From: Candidatus Poseidoniaceae archaeon
Lineage (GTDB): Archaea > Thermoplasmatota > Poseidoniia > Poseidoniales > Poseidoniaceae
Direction: 5' to 3'
Length of the DNA stretch: 64,000 nt
Assembly: GCA_943788295.1 (NCBI GenBank)
Contig: CALSPS010000002.1
Location: forward strand, 187,352-251,351
Shown here: one piece after another, positions 18,901 to 27,878 of the stretch
Layout of the letters: each line of letters begins with the position of its first letter
Numbering within the stretch: the first letter of the stretch is position 1
Notes under the pieces: model-generated
Seen by the model: the letters and a program-made list of their open reading frames with translations, nothing else
The model's database searches: none
What the model was told of the DNA's origin: nothing
Position numbers and translations under genes: made by a program

Positions 18901-19374
18901 GCATCTCTCGAAGGTGCAATTTCGGAATCAAACGGAGACACAACCGAACTCGAGGCAGACCTTGTTGAGGTCAAAGCAAATCTCGACCTTGCTTGTGATG
19001 ATCCACGGGCTCAATGCCCGACCGACGGTAACTCGGGTGCAGCCGTAGCTGAAACAGGGGAAATCCTCCCAATCGAAACCATTGCATTTGTCGTCATTGG
19101 CGTGGTCATTGCGGCCCTTCTCATCGGTCTCATGATGACTCGGGGTGGGCGCGAGCAGGAAGATGTTGCATGGAATGCAGGCACCGTACCCGCTAACGAT
19201 ATGGTCGCTAACTCGATGTACGGTGGAGCCCAGGAATTGTTCCAAGCACCAGCACCGATCGTGCCTCAAGCACCATCAGCAGGACCACCATTGCCAGCAA
19301 CAGGACTGCCTGTTGGATGGACAATGGAGCAATGGGTCTACTATGGACAGCAATACCTCGACGACCAACGTTGA
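15937..19374 (+). CDS. Giant secreted surface protein 2 (signal anchor, Ser/Thr/Asp-rich beta-repeat ectodomain, C-terminal TM helix and short cytoplasmic tail)
   Basis: Start at MKMPARLLALTIVTLFVGSVLTGF (ATG 15937); the track ORF begins 54 nt earlier. It is >1100 aa, low in Cys apart from a few pairs, and has many D/T/S-rich Ig-like or cadherin-like stretches. The C-terminal TM is IAFVVIGVVIAALLIGLMM, followed by a Pro/Ala-rich tail ending GWTMEQWVYYGQQYL. Confidence 0.65.
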   Translation: MKMPARLLALTIVTLFVGSVLTGFTAEMNSVSSDLILEEPAAVNQASSATSPGHVVFGQYISSDNCGHCSKTGGGSDAHHAVKQLHPDEYVYITYMSASYGDTDTARAGNVAPYNWAWSTGGAPDAYFGDRTDKGQSGASANYDTYDTLFSSGGGMASTVNDYGMSASISQSGGTYDVDISYRYSGSASPASNMKLYAALVDKDCTGYTYSSGIPHGYNCWMAWLTAGDTYKSKNAGTGSSFISVTPTSTSQSETWSSIPTSVVPGGINKAVVIGVLMSGNQVSLGGSSAHVYHAIDSTMGPKMDLTPGPLTATNPEGGSAYVIGDTLTLSSSISNVGDLDYTAGGTIEFFYKNGVNEVTIDTVSLNNLAMGASQPASVSFDTSVLPSNGWKTTFGVRLTGLVDETQSANNVAQTELDHDRPPLAMKAQVEGSNVIARGTQFNILAKGDADDNVDTIESMSFNIEVSPSSQNQWSNAIVSGGEMILYPGSASEGREYLLSPSMDMTSGWYDIRSQTVDSRSQTSAWSVTADAFELANGIPSIVAEPIPSVLCDITSKVDMTPHVSDPETPLEDLVITSDSPAFIAWHAASAELEVNFAWSEINGCPLGQQGIEIRVDDGGDYSQTGELPYGTLLFNILENGQPRWEGLPTQTIDEGGSGLIDLLPFLSDTDDTGQSVNANTLAVSMVSSSNPDVIEFTLDGYALGFETLDDDVNGQSIVTLRASDGEQISEQTMMVQINPENDAPRVDMEGLESIKLKRNEEMVVDLVSRITDIDDPASEAFVTVTPSEAGAARYNLLTGLLTIQFEKVGLQTVSIEVMDKYDTNTYTMNIEIYDALPLELALVDDGTGHIFADMSNAYIGQTPIITMTLTDNAPVFTYLYATWNVCNTLTGTCDGLLSFEMDVTQSNTGWTNELDMPSLVFEGQSARADGARDRDYYEVELMGTADDGEDYKTLSKVKWDITENAPTPEEMTDDALSNHIVNLLATKASLEGAISESNGDTTELEADLVEVKANLDLACDDPRAQCPTDGNSGAAVAETGEILPIETIAFVVIGVVIAALLIGLMMTRGGREQEDVAWNAGTVPANDMVANSMYGGAQELFQAPAPIVPQAPSAGPPLPATGLPVGWTMEQWVYYGQQYLDDQR

Positions 19375-19447
19375 GTCGAATCACCCCATCATCTTCATAC
19401 ATGGTGGATTGTAAACCCATAAAGGGGAGTAGCGTGGAGGCCATACT

Positions 19448-21526
19448 GTGACCGAAGAGACTGACGACGTCGTTGCTCCCGTCGAGGCGGCGGAAGAGGC
19501 CACTGTTGCTGTCGAAAAAACAGCTTCAGAGGTGGACAAAACCGAGGTGACCGTGTGGGCCCCCGAACCGTCAACAGACGCCGACGATGTCATGTCACTC
19601 AGCGTTGACGAGTGGATTCAATCCGTCAATTTTGATTCGACCGAAGACGTTCCAATTCCAGACCGCTTAGTGGACCAAGTCATCGGCCAAGAAGCGGGTT
19701 CAGTGGTGATCAAAAAAGCCGCAGAACAACGCCGCCACATGCTTATGATCGGCGATCCAGGTACTGGGAAATCCATGCTTGCCCGCTCAATGACCGATTT
19801 GCTCCCCAAGGATGCGCTTGAAGACCTTCTCGTGTATCCAAACGAAGACGATGAGAATGAACCCCGCGTCCGTTCCGTTCCTGCAGGCCGAGGCGACCGA
19901 ATCGTCAAGTTGCAAAAGGAATCAATGCGCACTCAGCGAGAACGCTCCCAAAAAATGCTCTTGATTGCATTTGCAGCCGTCGGTTTCCTCATTCTCATCG
20001 CCACGCTTCAATCAGGTGATATCATCACCCTGCTGTTTGGTGGTTTCTTGCTTATGTTCGGCTACATGTTCATCCGGGGACGATTGAGTTCTGGAGACGA
20101 GAGCCGAATTCCCAAGGTGCTCGTGAAGCATGAAAATTCATCCCCTCCACCGTTCGTCGATGCAACAGCTACCCTTTCAGGGTCCCTTCTCGGTGATGTT
20201 CGCCACGATCCTTTCCAGTCAGGCGGAATGGAAACACCTGCACACGATCGTGTCGAGCCAGGTGCGATCCACCGTGCTCACAAAGGCGTGCTTTACATCG
20301 ACGAGGTCAACCTTCTTCGTCTTGAGGAGCAACAAGCCTTGTTGACTGCAATGCAAGAGCGAGCCTTCCCTATCTCAGGACGCTCAGAACGCTCTTCGGG
20401 TGCATTGACGAAGACAGAACCTGTGCCATGCGACTTCATCTTGATCGCTGCTGGAAACCTCGATGCAATACAAGGGATGCACCCAGCGCTACGAAGCCGT
20501 ATCCGTGGCTATGGATACGAAGTTTATGTCAACTCAGAAATGCCTGACACCGCACGAAACCGAAGGCGCTTGATTCGCTTCATTGCCCAAGAAGTCCGCC
20601 GAGACATGGGCACTTCTCGCGAAATACCTCATTTTGAAAAGAGTGCGGTCGCTATCATTCTACGCGAAGCCCAACGCAGAGCAGGTCGACGAGGCAAGCT
20701 CTCCCTGCGCCTGCGTGAACTCGGAGGATTGGTTCGGATTGCGGGAGATCTTGCCATGGAAGAGGGCGCACCTCTTACCACTGCAGCACACGTCCTTGGC
20801 GCCCGTAACATCGCTAAGCCGCTTGAACAACAGGTGGCAGACCGAATGATTGAGCGCCGTCAAGATTACGCATTGGTCGTTAATTCCGGTGAGCGAATCG
20901 GACGAGTGAACGGACTTGCGGTCCTCGGAGCTAATTCTGGCTTGTCGGATTTCAGCGGGATCATGTTGCCCGTCGAAGCACTTGTCACTCCGTCTCAAGG
21001 CGGTGGTGGGAAAATTCACGCTACAGGTGGTCTTTCTGACCTCGCTAAAGAAAGCGTCACAAACGTGAGTGCTGTGATTAAGAAACTGACTGGGAAGGAC
21101 ATCTCTGATTATGACATCCACATCCAATTCGTGGATACCCATGGGGTGGATGGCGACTCCGCTTCCATCACCATCGCAACAGCAATCATTTCCGCTCTCG
21201 AAAGCATCCCAATTCGTCAAGATTTGGCCATGACGGGTTCTCTGTCGGTTCGTGGTGAAGTTCTGCCAATTGGCGGTGTTACCGCTAAAATCGAAGCAGC
21301 AGCTCGCTCGGGCATCAAAACCGTCGTCATTCCACGTGCAAACATGCAAGACGTTCTCTTGGATGAAAAATACGAAGCCATGGTCGAGGTGGTCCCAGTT
21401 GATACACTCGATGAAGTCATGGAATTTGCACTCATCAAGCATGCAGAAAAGGCAGGATTGGTCGAACGGTTGGGTGCTGTCATCGACCGTCTGACTCCTC
21501 TTCCAAGCAAGGTTCAATCCGCTTGA
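19448..21526 (+). CDS. lonB: Archaeal membrane-bound Lon protease (LonB)
   Basis: LVDQVIGQE is present. The Walker A is [18 protein letters not shown]. Two TM helices are inserted in the AAA+ domain ([31 protein letters not shown]), which is the hallmark of archaeal LonB. The C-terminal Lon protease domain carries [16 protein letters not shown] (catalytic Ser). It starts with GTG at 19448 and an acidic 55-aa N-terminal extension. Confidence 0.85.
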   Translation: MTEETDDVVAPVEAAEEATVAVEKTASEVDKTEVTVWAPEPSTDADDVMSLSVDEWIQSVNFDSTEDVPIPDRLVDQVIGQEAGSVVIKKAAEQRRHMLMIGDPGTGKSMLARSMTDLLPKDALEDLLVYPNEDDENEPRVRSVPAGRGDRIVKLQKESMRTQRERSQKMLLIAFAAVGFLILIATLQSGDIITLLFGGFLLMFGYMFIRGRLSSGDESRIPKVLVKHENSSPPPFVDATATLSGSLLGDVRHDPFQSGGMETPAHDRVEPGAIHRAHKGVLYIDEVNLLRLEEQQALLTAMQERAFPISGRSERSSGALTKTEPVPCDFILIAAGNLDAIQGMHPALRSRIRGYGYEVYVNSEMPDTARNRRRLIRFIAQEVRRDMGTSREIPHFEKSAVAIILREAQRRAGRRGKLSLRLRELGGLVRIAGDLAMEEGAPLTTAAHVLGARNIAKPLEQQVADRMIERRQDYALVVNSGERIGRVNGLAVLGANSGLSDFSGIMLPVEALVTPSQGGGGKIHATGGLSDLAKESVTNVSAVIKKLTGKDISDYDIHIQFVDTHGVDGDSASITIATAIISALESIPIRQDLAMTGSLSVRGEVLPIGGVTAKIEAAARSGIKTVVIPRANMQDVLLDEKYEAMVEVVPVDTLDEVMEFALIKHAEKAGLVERLGAVIDRLTPLPSKVQSA

Positions 21527-21600
21527 GCACGCTAGCAAGACGACGCCTCTTGATGGACATAGGCGTTGGGTACAAGAAGACCCCTTGATTCGGTGAACGC

Positions 21601-22977
21601 ATGGACACGAAGGAAGATGCACCACTTCCGGTTGTCGACGCCAGCAAGGGTGCCCTTTTGGTCCTCTTTTTGGTCACCGTTATCGACATGATTGGTTTTG
21701 GAATCGTCATCCCTTTCCTGACCTATTTGGTTGAAGATCTCACTCCTGCAAGTCAAGAAGCCAGCATCGGCATCTGGGTGGGTGTCCTTATGACTTCTTA
21801 CTCAGCAGCCCAATTCCTTTTTTCCCCCTTTTGGGGCTCCCTTTCAGACAGAATAGGGCGTCGCCCGGTCCTGATGGTGGGTTTGGTTGGCAACACCGTC
21901 TTTTTCACGATGTTTGGCCTTGCCAACACATTGCTGATCGCTCTCGCGGCTCGCTTCTTAGCAGGCGTTTTCAACGGTAATCTTGCTGTAGCTCGGGCCT
22001 ACATTGGTGATGTGAGCACTCCGCAACAACTTGCCACACGAATGGGGCTCATTGGGGCAGCATTCGGTTTGGGGTTCACATTTGGCCCATTCATCGGCGG
22101 CGAACTTTCAGACCCTGCGAGCAGATGGGAGGTCTTTACCGGGACCATCTTTGACGCTAACCCTTACCTTTTACCGTGTGCAGTGGCCAGTTTATTGTCG
22201 ATTCTTTCACTGCTCGTTGCCATTCGGAACCTTCCGGAGTCGCTGCCTCTTGAGCGACGAACAAAGAGTGAGCGCACCTCCTGGACCGGTGGCATGATTC
22301 AAACAATGAAGAACACCTCGTCCATGCTCCGCTCGGGAAGTGTCTCCGTCGTTATTTGGGTCTCAATGCTGTTCATTTTCGGGTTTACAATCATGCACGC
22401 CGTCTTCATCCTCTACACTCAAATGTCACCAACTGATGGTGGTCTGGCGTTTAGCGAGGCAGACAACGGACGTGTTTTTGCTATGATTGGAATCACGGGT
22501 ATTCTTACTCAAGGGTTCCTCATCGGACCCCTTTCCCGTCGTCTGGGCACCCGTCGGCTCATTCCCATTGCCATCGCCATCACCGGGCTGGGACTTGTTT
22601 TGATTCCATACACTGAGTTTGAACACCGATGGTTGCACATCTTGATCGTGGGTACGCTGATTTCGATTGGCAACGGTTTGTTCCAGCCCTCCTCCTCCTC
22701 GTTCCTGACCCGTATTGCAAAATCCGAAGGCTATGAGTTGGGTGTTGTGATGGGTGCTCAAGAATCAGTCGGTGCCTTTGCAAGGATCATTGGACCACTC
22801 ACTGGAGGCTTTGTTTGGGTCTACACTGATGCAAGAGACTGGCCTTTAGATTACCACACTGCATTCCATTTGTGTGGTGTCTTGATGATCTTAGCAGGCA
22901 TGATGTCCTTGCGCCTACCACTCCTCCCTCAAGACGAATCAAATCAAAGTTCGGAACCATCGTTTGCAGAAGAGTAA
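21601..22977 (+). CDS. MFS transporter
   Basis: About 12 predicted TM segments. MFS motif A is present as GSLSDRIGRRPVLMVGL. Confidence 0.8.
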   Translation: MDTKEDAPLPVVDASKGALLVLFLVTVIDMIGFGIVIPFLTYLVEDLTPASQEASIGIWVGVLMTSYSAAQFLFSPFWGSLSDRIGRRPVLMVGLVGNTVFFTMFGLANTLLIALAARFLAGVFNGNLAVARAYIGDVSTPQQLATRMGLIGAAFGLGFTFGPFIGGELSDPASRWEVFTGTIFDANPYLLPCAVASLLSILSLLVAIRNLPESLPLERRTKSERTSWTGGMIQTMKNTSSMLRSGSVSVVIWVSMLFIFGFTIMHAVFILYTQMSPTDGGLAFSEADNGRVFAMIGITGILTQGFLIGPLSRRLGTRRLIPIAIAITGLGLVLIPYTEFEHRWLHILIVGTLISIGNGLFQPSSSSFLTRIAKSEGYELGVVMGAQESVGAFARIIGPLTGGFVWVYTDARDWPLDYHTAFHLCGVLMILAGMMSLRLPLLPQDESNQSSEPSFAEE

Positions 22978-23017
22978 CCGACATCATCTTCAAATGGTAA
23001 TATTGTCCCCTTGAATC

Positions 23018-24442
23018 ATGGAACAGGTGAACACGGCTTGGGACTCTGGGCGTTTCAATCGTCGCGTTTCGACATTCGCTCATGCACTGATCATCATCAG
23101 CTTAGCAGTTGTCTGGTTGATTTTACTCAAAGGTGTTCTTCAGCCTTTTTTCATCGCTTTAGGCATCTACTTTGTCTTGAAACCCGGCTCTGACTACCTC
23201 TCTACCAACGGCTTCCCTGTCATTTTGTCCTACCTCACCATGGTGCTGTTGACCATGCTGGTTGTCTCATCCGCCGCTTTTTTCGCATATTATCAGGCAT
23301 CTGATGTGCTCTCTGATGAGGCGAAAATGGAGGATTACAATGATCTCCTTGAGGAGCGTTGGCACGACCTGAAAAGCACACCACTCATCTCCATTGCATT
23401 TGAAGATGAAGCTGCGATGAACAACAGCCTTGTCGAGGACCTCGCCTCTTGGGGTGTGATGGAAAATGATGAGCAACTTTCTGATGTTGCTGTGGGCATG
23501 TTAGCGGGCGTAGGTTCTCTTCTTGCGACCAGTGTCACCGTGATGTTTTTCTTAATTTTCATCATCTTCGAAGCCAGTTTGTTGCCCGGGCGAATTGAAC
23601 GCGCTTGGCCTGGTGGAGCCAGTCAAAAGGTACAAATTGTTCGCACCAAGATTGAAGCGAGCGTCAACACTTACATCATTGTCAAAACAGGTGTTGGTTT
23701 AGGAACAGCAGTCTGTGCTGGGATCGTTATGCTTGTTTTTGGCATCGATTTGTGGTTCACTTGGGCTCTTCTCACCTTTTTATTGAACTATGTGCCCTAC
23801 ATTGGTTCTCTTATCGCAACCCTCCCACCAATCATCCTTGGTTTGATTCTCCTCGAACCAATGTCGCTTCTTCTGCTGATTCTTTTGCTGCTCACCAACC
23901 AACAACTGTGGGGTCAAATCATTGAGACCCGCTGGGCTGGTCGGGCCCTTGACTTGTCACCTGTGGTTCTGCTTCTCGTGACGGCGATTTCCTTTGCTGG
24001 ATGGGGTATTCTTGGGATGATTTTGGCAGTACCATTTGCAGTCATTGTCAAGATTGTTCTTGAGAACATAGAGGCGACCCGCCCAATCTCAATCCTTCTG
24101 TCAGAACGAGCACCTTCGATTGATGAGGCTTGGGAAGAAGCCATGAAGGACGGACGGCTATCGTCCTTTGAGACTCAATCATTGAGCCAATTGCAAGAAG
24201 TGCTTGGCTATTCAGACAGGGAGATTCGTTTGATCTCCGGCCGCATTGCCATTCAGCGGGTGTTGCGAAGAAACCGGATTACTGACGATCAATTGGATTT
24301 GATTTCCGAGGTTGCAGACGCTCTCCAGAACCACCAAGATCTTGCTGCTGAAGTGACTTCGACGTTGCATGAAGGAAAACTAAGCAAGGAAACGAAACCA
24401 CTGCTCCAACGAATGTTGGTTGCTATTGAAGAGGAAGAGTAA
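23018..24442 (+). CDS. AI-2E family transporter (PerM/YhhT-like permease)
   Basis: Multi-TM protein with LLNYVPYIGSLIATLPPIILGL matching the conserved AI-2E/PF01594 core. It has a long C-terminal cytoplasmic extension. Confidence 0.6.
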   Translation: MEQVNTAWDSGRFNRRVSTFAHALIIISLAVVWLILLKGVLQPFFIALGIYFVLKPGSDYLSTNGFPVILSYLTMVLLTMLVVSSAAFFAYYQASDVLSDEAKMEDYNDLLEERWHDLKSTPLISIAFEDEAAMNNSLVEDLASWGVMENDEQLSDVAVGMLAGVGSLLATSVTVMFFLIFIIFEASLLPGRIERAWPGGASQKVQIVRTKIEASVNTYIIVKTGVGLGTAVCAGIVMLVFGIDLWFTWALLTFLLNYVPYIGSLIATLPPIILGLILLEPMSLLLLILLLLTNQQLWGQIIETRWAGRALDLSPVVLLLVTAISFAGWGILGMILAVPFAVIVKIVLENIEATRPISILLSERAPSIDEAWEEAMKDGRLSSFETQSLSQLQEVLGYSDREIRLISGRIAIQRVLRRNRITDDQLDLISEVADALQNHQDLAAEVTSTLHEGKLSKETKPLLQRMLVAIEEEE

Positions 24443-24709
24443 TCACAGAACTTCAGTTAGGATTTTTTCCAACTCGGTGTTGATCATCAAGATTAGGGTT
24501 CCAAATTCCGGTGGAATGTTGGGGTCCTCATACAATTCTTCCAACTTGGATTGGGCCATTGCGATGCGAACATCGAGTTTCTTAGCCTTGTTGAGCAACC
24601 AATTTTCACAGGCTTCCTTGGCTTGACGGCGAATGTTTCGTGGGACTTTTGGGTCATCAATTTGGTTGATGACTGTGGCTACTTGTTGAAGACGAGTTTC
24701 GATGTCCAT
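24443..24709 (-). CDS. UPF0147 family small protein (archaeal)
   Basis: MDIETRLQQVATVINQIDDPKVPRNIRRQAKEA...EDPNIPPEFGTLILMINTELEKIL carries the VPRNIRR motif and an ~88 aa length typical of UPF0147. Start moved to the ATG at 24707-24709, which is preceded by GGGG. The track ORF (to 24955) adds 82 non-conserved residues. Confidence 0.55.
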   Translation of the reverse strand: MDIETRLQQVATVINQIDDPKVPRNIRRQAKEACENWLLNKAKKLDVRIAMAQSKLEELYEDPNIPPEFGTLILMINTELEKILTEVL

Positions 24710-24784
24710 AATTACAGCCCCTTTGGTCGCTACCTGTTGCTGTGTGTAGGCCGTCTTTAAGTTGATTGCCGGCCCCCGCACACC

Positions 24785-25783
24785 ATGGACATCAGCGAAA
24801 ACGACATCCTTGGGTGGTCGAGAATCTTCGCATTGACCCTCGGAATGGGTTGGGCTGCATGGATGGACCACAAGGAACGGAAAGTGGCAAACGAGCATTG
24901 GATGGTTTGGATCAAGCCAGCGCTGTTTTTGTGGGCCCTCGACCTCATGGCCCAAGGTGCAGATTGGACCATTTACCTCACCGCCTCAGCAGCCGTGGCA
25001 TACGCAAGCGGGGCTGTCATCGGTCGTCCCTCAATCAGTGATGCGCGTGCTGGTTCGAGAATTGACCTAATTGTGTTTGTTTGGTACGCTGTGAGCGCTG
25101 TTGGGTTGTTGATGGGTGCTCTTGAATATCAATCCACAAATCCACTGGATGTGATGCTCGGTGATGCAGATCGACTTGGTTCACTTTGGTGGAAAACCCT
25201 CTCGGTGCTGTTTGTCATTCTGATCATTGATGCCGCGTGGCGGTTCAGACTGCTTCACGGTGGAGCTGATGCAAAGGCCCTGATGTGGGTCGCCATATTG
25301 ATTCCTAACTGGTCGACAGTTCCCCTTTCCCTTAACGATGCTACATCCACCGCCTTAGTGGCTTTACCACCAAGTCTTGCGTTGCTCATGTGGGGTGGTT
25401 TGAGTTTCCTCGTCATTCCTTTCATTCTGTTCGTCCGAAACATTGCGTCAAGAAACATCAACCGTCTTGGTGATCTTCGTCTTGCTTGGCACGCATCGAA
25501 GATAAATTTGGACCAGGTTCTCCAAAGGCACGTTTGGTTGCTGACCACCCTCATCGAATTACCGGACGGAACCACTGGCATCCATCACAGAACACGGGCA
25601 CCACGAACGACGCCTTCTCGTGAGGCATTGGAAGGCTCAGTTCAAGCCTTAGCCGAGGCTGGTGTCGAAGAAGTGTGGGTCAGTTCGAAATTACCATTGC
25701 TGGTGTTCCTATTGCCTGCAATTGCGCCATTGGTTCTTTTGGGAGACCCGATGGTGTTGGTTATGCCGCTGCTCGGCTTGTAA
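24785..25783 (+). CDS. A24-family aspartic peptidase (archaeal prepilin/preflagellin peptidase, FlaK/PibD-like)
   Basis: It is polytopic. The first catalytic Asp lies in AAWMDHKERKV and the second in LLHGGADAKALMWV (the GxGDxK motif of type IV prepilin peptidases). Confidence 0.7.
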   Translation: MDISENDILGWSRIFALTLGMGWAAWMDHKERKVANEHWMVWIKPALFLWALDLMAQGADWTIYLTASAAVAYASGAVIGRPSISDARAGSRIDLIVFVWYAVSAVGLLMGALEYQSTNPLDVMLGDADRLGSLWWKTLSVLFVILIIDAAWRFRLLHGGADAKALMWVAILIPNWSTVPLSLNDATSTALVALPPSLALLMWGGLSFLVIPFILFVRNIASRNINRLGDLRLAWHASKINLDQVLQRHVWLLTTLIELPDGTTGIHHRTRAPRTTPSREALEGSVQALAEAGVEEVWVSSKLPLLVFLLPAIAPLVLLGDPMVLVMPLLGL

Positions 25784-25813
25784 GCCAAAAATACGACTGC
25801 TGAGGAGCAAACA

Positions 25814-25963
25814 TCATGCGCCCTTGCGCTCGATGTTCTTAGCACGGAGCCCCTTGTAACCGCACTTGCGGCAACGTGCGGCACGCACTGCATTACGGGC
25901 GTTGCACTTCATGCAAATCTTGCGGTGGAGCAAGCGGGCCTCTGCTTCGGGGAATCGTGCCAT
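25814..25963 (-). CDS. rpl40e: 50S ribosomal protein L40e
   Basis: Manual reverse-strand translation gives [49 protein letters not shown] (49 aa). [10 protein letters not shown] plus C-x2-C...C-x2-C is the L40e signature. It is below the 60-aa track cutoff; two spurious ORFs (25642..25893, 25662..25859) overlap it. Confidence 0.85.
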   Translation of the reverse strand: MARFPEAEARLLHRKICMKCNARNAVRAARCRKCGYKGLRAKNIERKGA

Positions 25964-26036
25964 GGCAAAGCGACCAACTCCCCCTATTTAATCACAACCG
26001 AGGCATCGAATACAGGACAGTACGGCCTTTTCTTGA

Positions 26037-26864
26037 TTGGACCTTTGTCGGACGTCGGGGCGAAGTAGTGTTGAAAGGCTTCGGGGAACAGGCAGGGGCA
26101 TGCGTGTCTTGCGCCTTCCAGGGATTCATCACGATTCCAATGTCGTGGTCGTGTCTGGTTCGGTTGGCGCACTGTTGATTGACGCTGGCACATCGTGGTA
26201 TCAAGCGCTGCAGGTTGAGCGAATCAAAGGAGTGCTGGACGATGGTCTTACACTTGACCGTATTGTGTTGACAAGCAAGCGTTTCCCGTGCTCAGGAGGG
26301 GCGAAGCACATTGCAGCGGCTTTCGACCATTGCCCTGTCCACATTCACCCAGAGGGCCAAGCCGCTTTGGAGACCGGTGATTTCTTTTCGACCTGGGCCA
26401 ATCGTTACGACTCTGACATGCCAGCAATTGCTGCAACAGCGTGCATTGACGGTGAGGTCTTTGCCTTGGGTGATGGTCAAGTGGAGTCACTTCACCTTCC
26501 TGGTTGTTCTCCAGATGGTCTTGGGTATTGGATTGAAGATCAAGGTATGATGGTTGTTGGTTGTCTCCTACCAAGAGCGGACCGTCCTGCTCGATGGGAT
26601 CTTCCTGGTGGGTGTTTACCAGATTTGATTGAGAGTTTAGAAAGGGTGAAAGCCAAGCGACCAAAAGCGATAGTCCCATTCCAAGGGCCAGCCATACGGG
26701 GACAGAAACGCGTGAATATTGTTCTCGACCAACATCTGGAATTTTTGCGCTCATGTGAACTTCGAGAGGGGGCACCACCAATCTCTTGGGGCCGACCAGC
26801 ACCTACAGCGCTATGGTACACCTCAAACCCACCATGGCCTTTGGAAGAAAAGGAATCTGTTTAA
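26037..26864 (+). CDS. Hypothetical protein (possible degenerate metallo-beta-lactamase-fold)
   Basis: VVVVSGSVGALLIDAGT resembles MBL motif 1, but no HxHxDH follows. The likely true start is MRVLRL at 26100. Confidence 0.3.
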   Translation: MDLCRTSGRSSVERLRGTGRGMRVLRLPGIHHDSNVVVVSGSVGALLIDAGTSWYQALQVERIKGVLDDGLTLDRIVLTSKRFPCSGGAKHIAAAFDHCPVHIHPEGQAALETGDFFSTWANRYDSDMPAIAATACIDGEVFALGDGQVESLHLPGCSPDGLGYWIEDQGMMVVGCLLPRADRPARWDLPGGCLPDLIESLERVKAKRPKAIVPFQGPAIRGQKRVNIVLDQHLEFLRSCELREGAPPISWGRPAPTALWYTSNPPWPLEEKESV

Positions 26865-27508
26865 GCAACAACCGGTAGATCAAGCATCAGTGGCTGAGGC
26901 AGTTCAGAGCGTTCTTGTTCATTTCCCAAAATCTTAGCTCGTCTGTTTGCTCGTTGCCTTGCTTTTTCATGAAATGGTTTCTTCCCGTCAATGGAATCAG
27001 TCTGGCTGCCATCCATGCCGTATGTGGCACGAGTCCAACCGCTTTGGATCTGGATGATGTGATTTTCAAGACGCATGCTCGTGATGGGGCCATCATGCGT
27101 GAACAAGTGCACTCCCCTGCCCGGTACATGCCCCCCAACCATCCACACCTGGCCAGATTGAGTCGCGACCAAAAACGATGATTCACTTGAAGAAACAGTG
27201 CACATCGAGCGCACAACGCCACCTTCTACAGCAAATTTGTCAATGACATCCATGCTCGGAATAGAAATCAGTGTGACGCCACCGTTGGCGTCACCAATAA
27301 CGCCAGTTTCTATGCTCATGGATGGGCCGCGGAGGACCACCATGACGGTTGCGATGGCATCAAGTTTGGTTCTCTTATTGATTCCAACGTTAGGTCTCCA
27401 CTGAATGAGGCCATCGTCCATGGCCACGAGGCACCCCACCGGTGTGACAAGGCTTCGGACTACTACTCGGTTGTTCATACAACAGAAAGCAGAGCCGGAG
27501 GTACTCAT
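26861..27508 (-). CDS. Hypothetical protein with three beta-strand-rich internal repeats (possible small beta-propeller/PQQ-like)
   Basis: Repeats VRSLVTPVGCLVAMDDGLIQW, VRSMCTVSSSESSFLVATQSGQVWMV and ITSMRLENHIIQIQSGW. No catalytic motif. Confidence 0.3.
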   Translation of the reverse strand: MSTSGSAFCCMNNRVVVRSLVTPVGCLVAMDDGLIQWRPNVGINKRTKLDAIATVMVVLRGPSMSIETGVIGDANGGVTLISIPSMDVIDKFAVEGGVVRSMCTVSSSESSFLVATQSGQVWMVGGHVPGRGVHLFTHDGPITSMRLENHIIQIQSGWTRATYGMDGSQTDSIDGKKPFHEKARQRANRRAKILGNEQERSELPQPLMLDLPVVA

Positions 27509-27548
27509 TCATTTTCTAGACCCGTAGGTCGAAAACTGAAAGTGAACG

Positions 27549-27827
27549 TCAGTAGGTGTCTTCGGCTTTGCTGTCCTTCTTCCACTTGCGGTAGCAGGAT
27601 TTACAGACGCGCACTCGTCCCTTCCGTTGAGTGTAGCCTCCGTCGCCCCACACATCGATCGCATTGTCAATCGACAGCGAGCGGCCACCGAAGCTCTTGT
27701 CTGCAAAGTTATCGCAGGAGTTGATTCCACAGGGAATCTCGCCTTCTTTCTTTGACTTCTTTGCTTTCTTGTCGACGTTTTCGCCGGCATCGGCCTTGTG
27801 TTTTCGTGCCTTTGCTTTGAAGCCCAT
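27549..27827 (-). CDS. Small Lys-rich zinc-ribbon protein (hypothetical nucleic-acid-binding)
   Basis: 92 aa. The N-terminus is KAKARKHKADAGENVDKKAKKSKKEGE. Cys pairs are CGINSC and CKSCYRKWKK. It lies immediately downstream of tfb on the same strand. Confidence 0.4.
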   Translation of the reverse strand: MGFKAKARKHKADAGENVDKKAKKSKKEGEIPCGINSCDNFADKSFGGRSLSIDNAIDVWGDGGYTQRKGRVRVCKSCYRKWKKDSKAEDTY

Positions 27828-27878
27828 GAGTCAAAGCACAAGGCCCCGATTCATCAAGGTTACCACGCATTGAAGCGT

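Noticed and set aside
20660-21625. 321-aa minus-strand ORF antisense to lonB
   Set aside because: It lies entirely within a gene with strong conserved LonB motifs and has no recognisable motifs itself. Long antisense ORFs are expected by chance at this GC content.
25642-25893. 83-aa minus ORF and 65-aa plus ORF (25662..25859) between the A24 peptidase and the MBL-like gene
   Set aside because: They are superseded by the 49-aa L40e gene (25814..25963), which is in a different frame and overlaps them.
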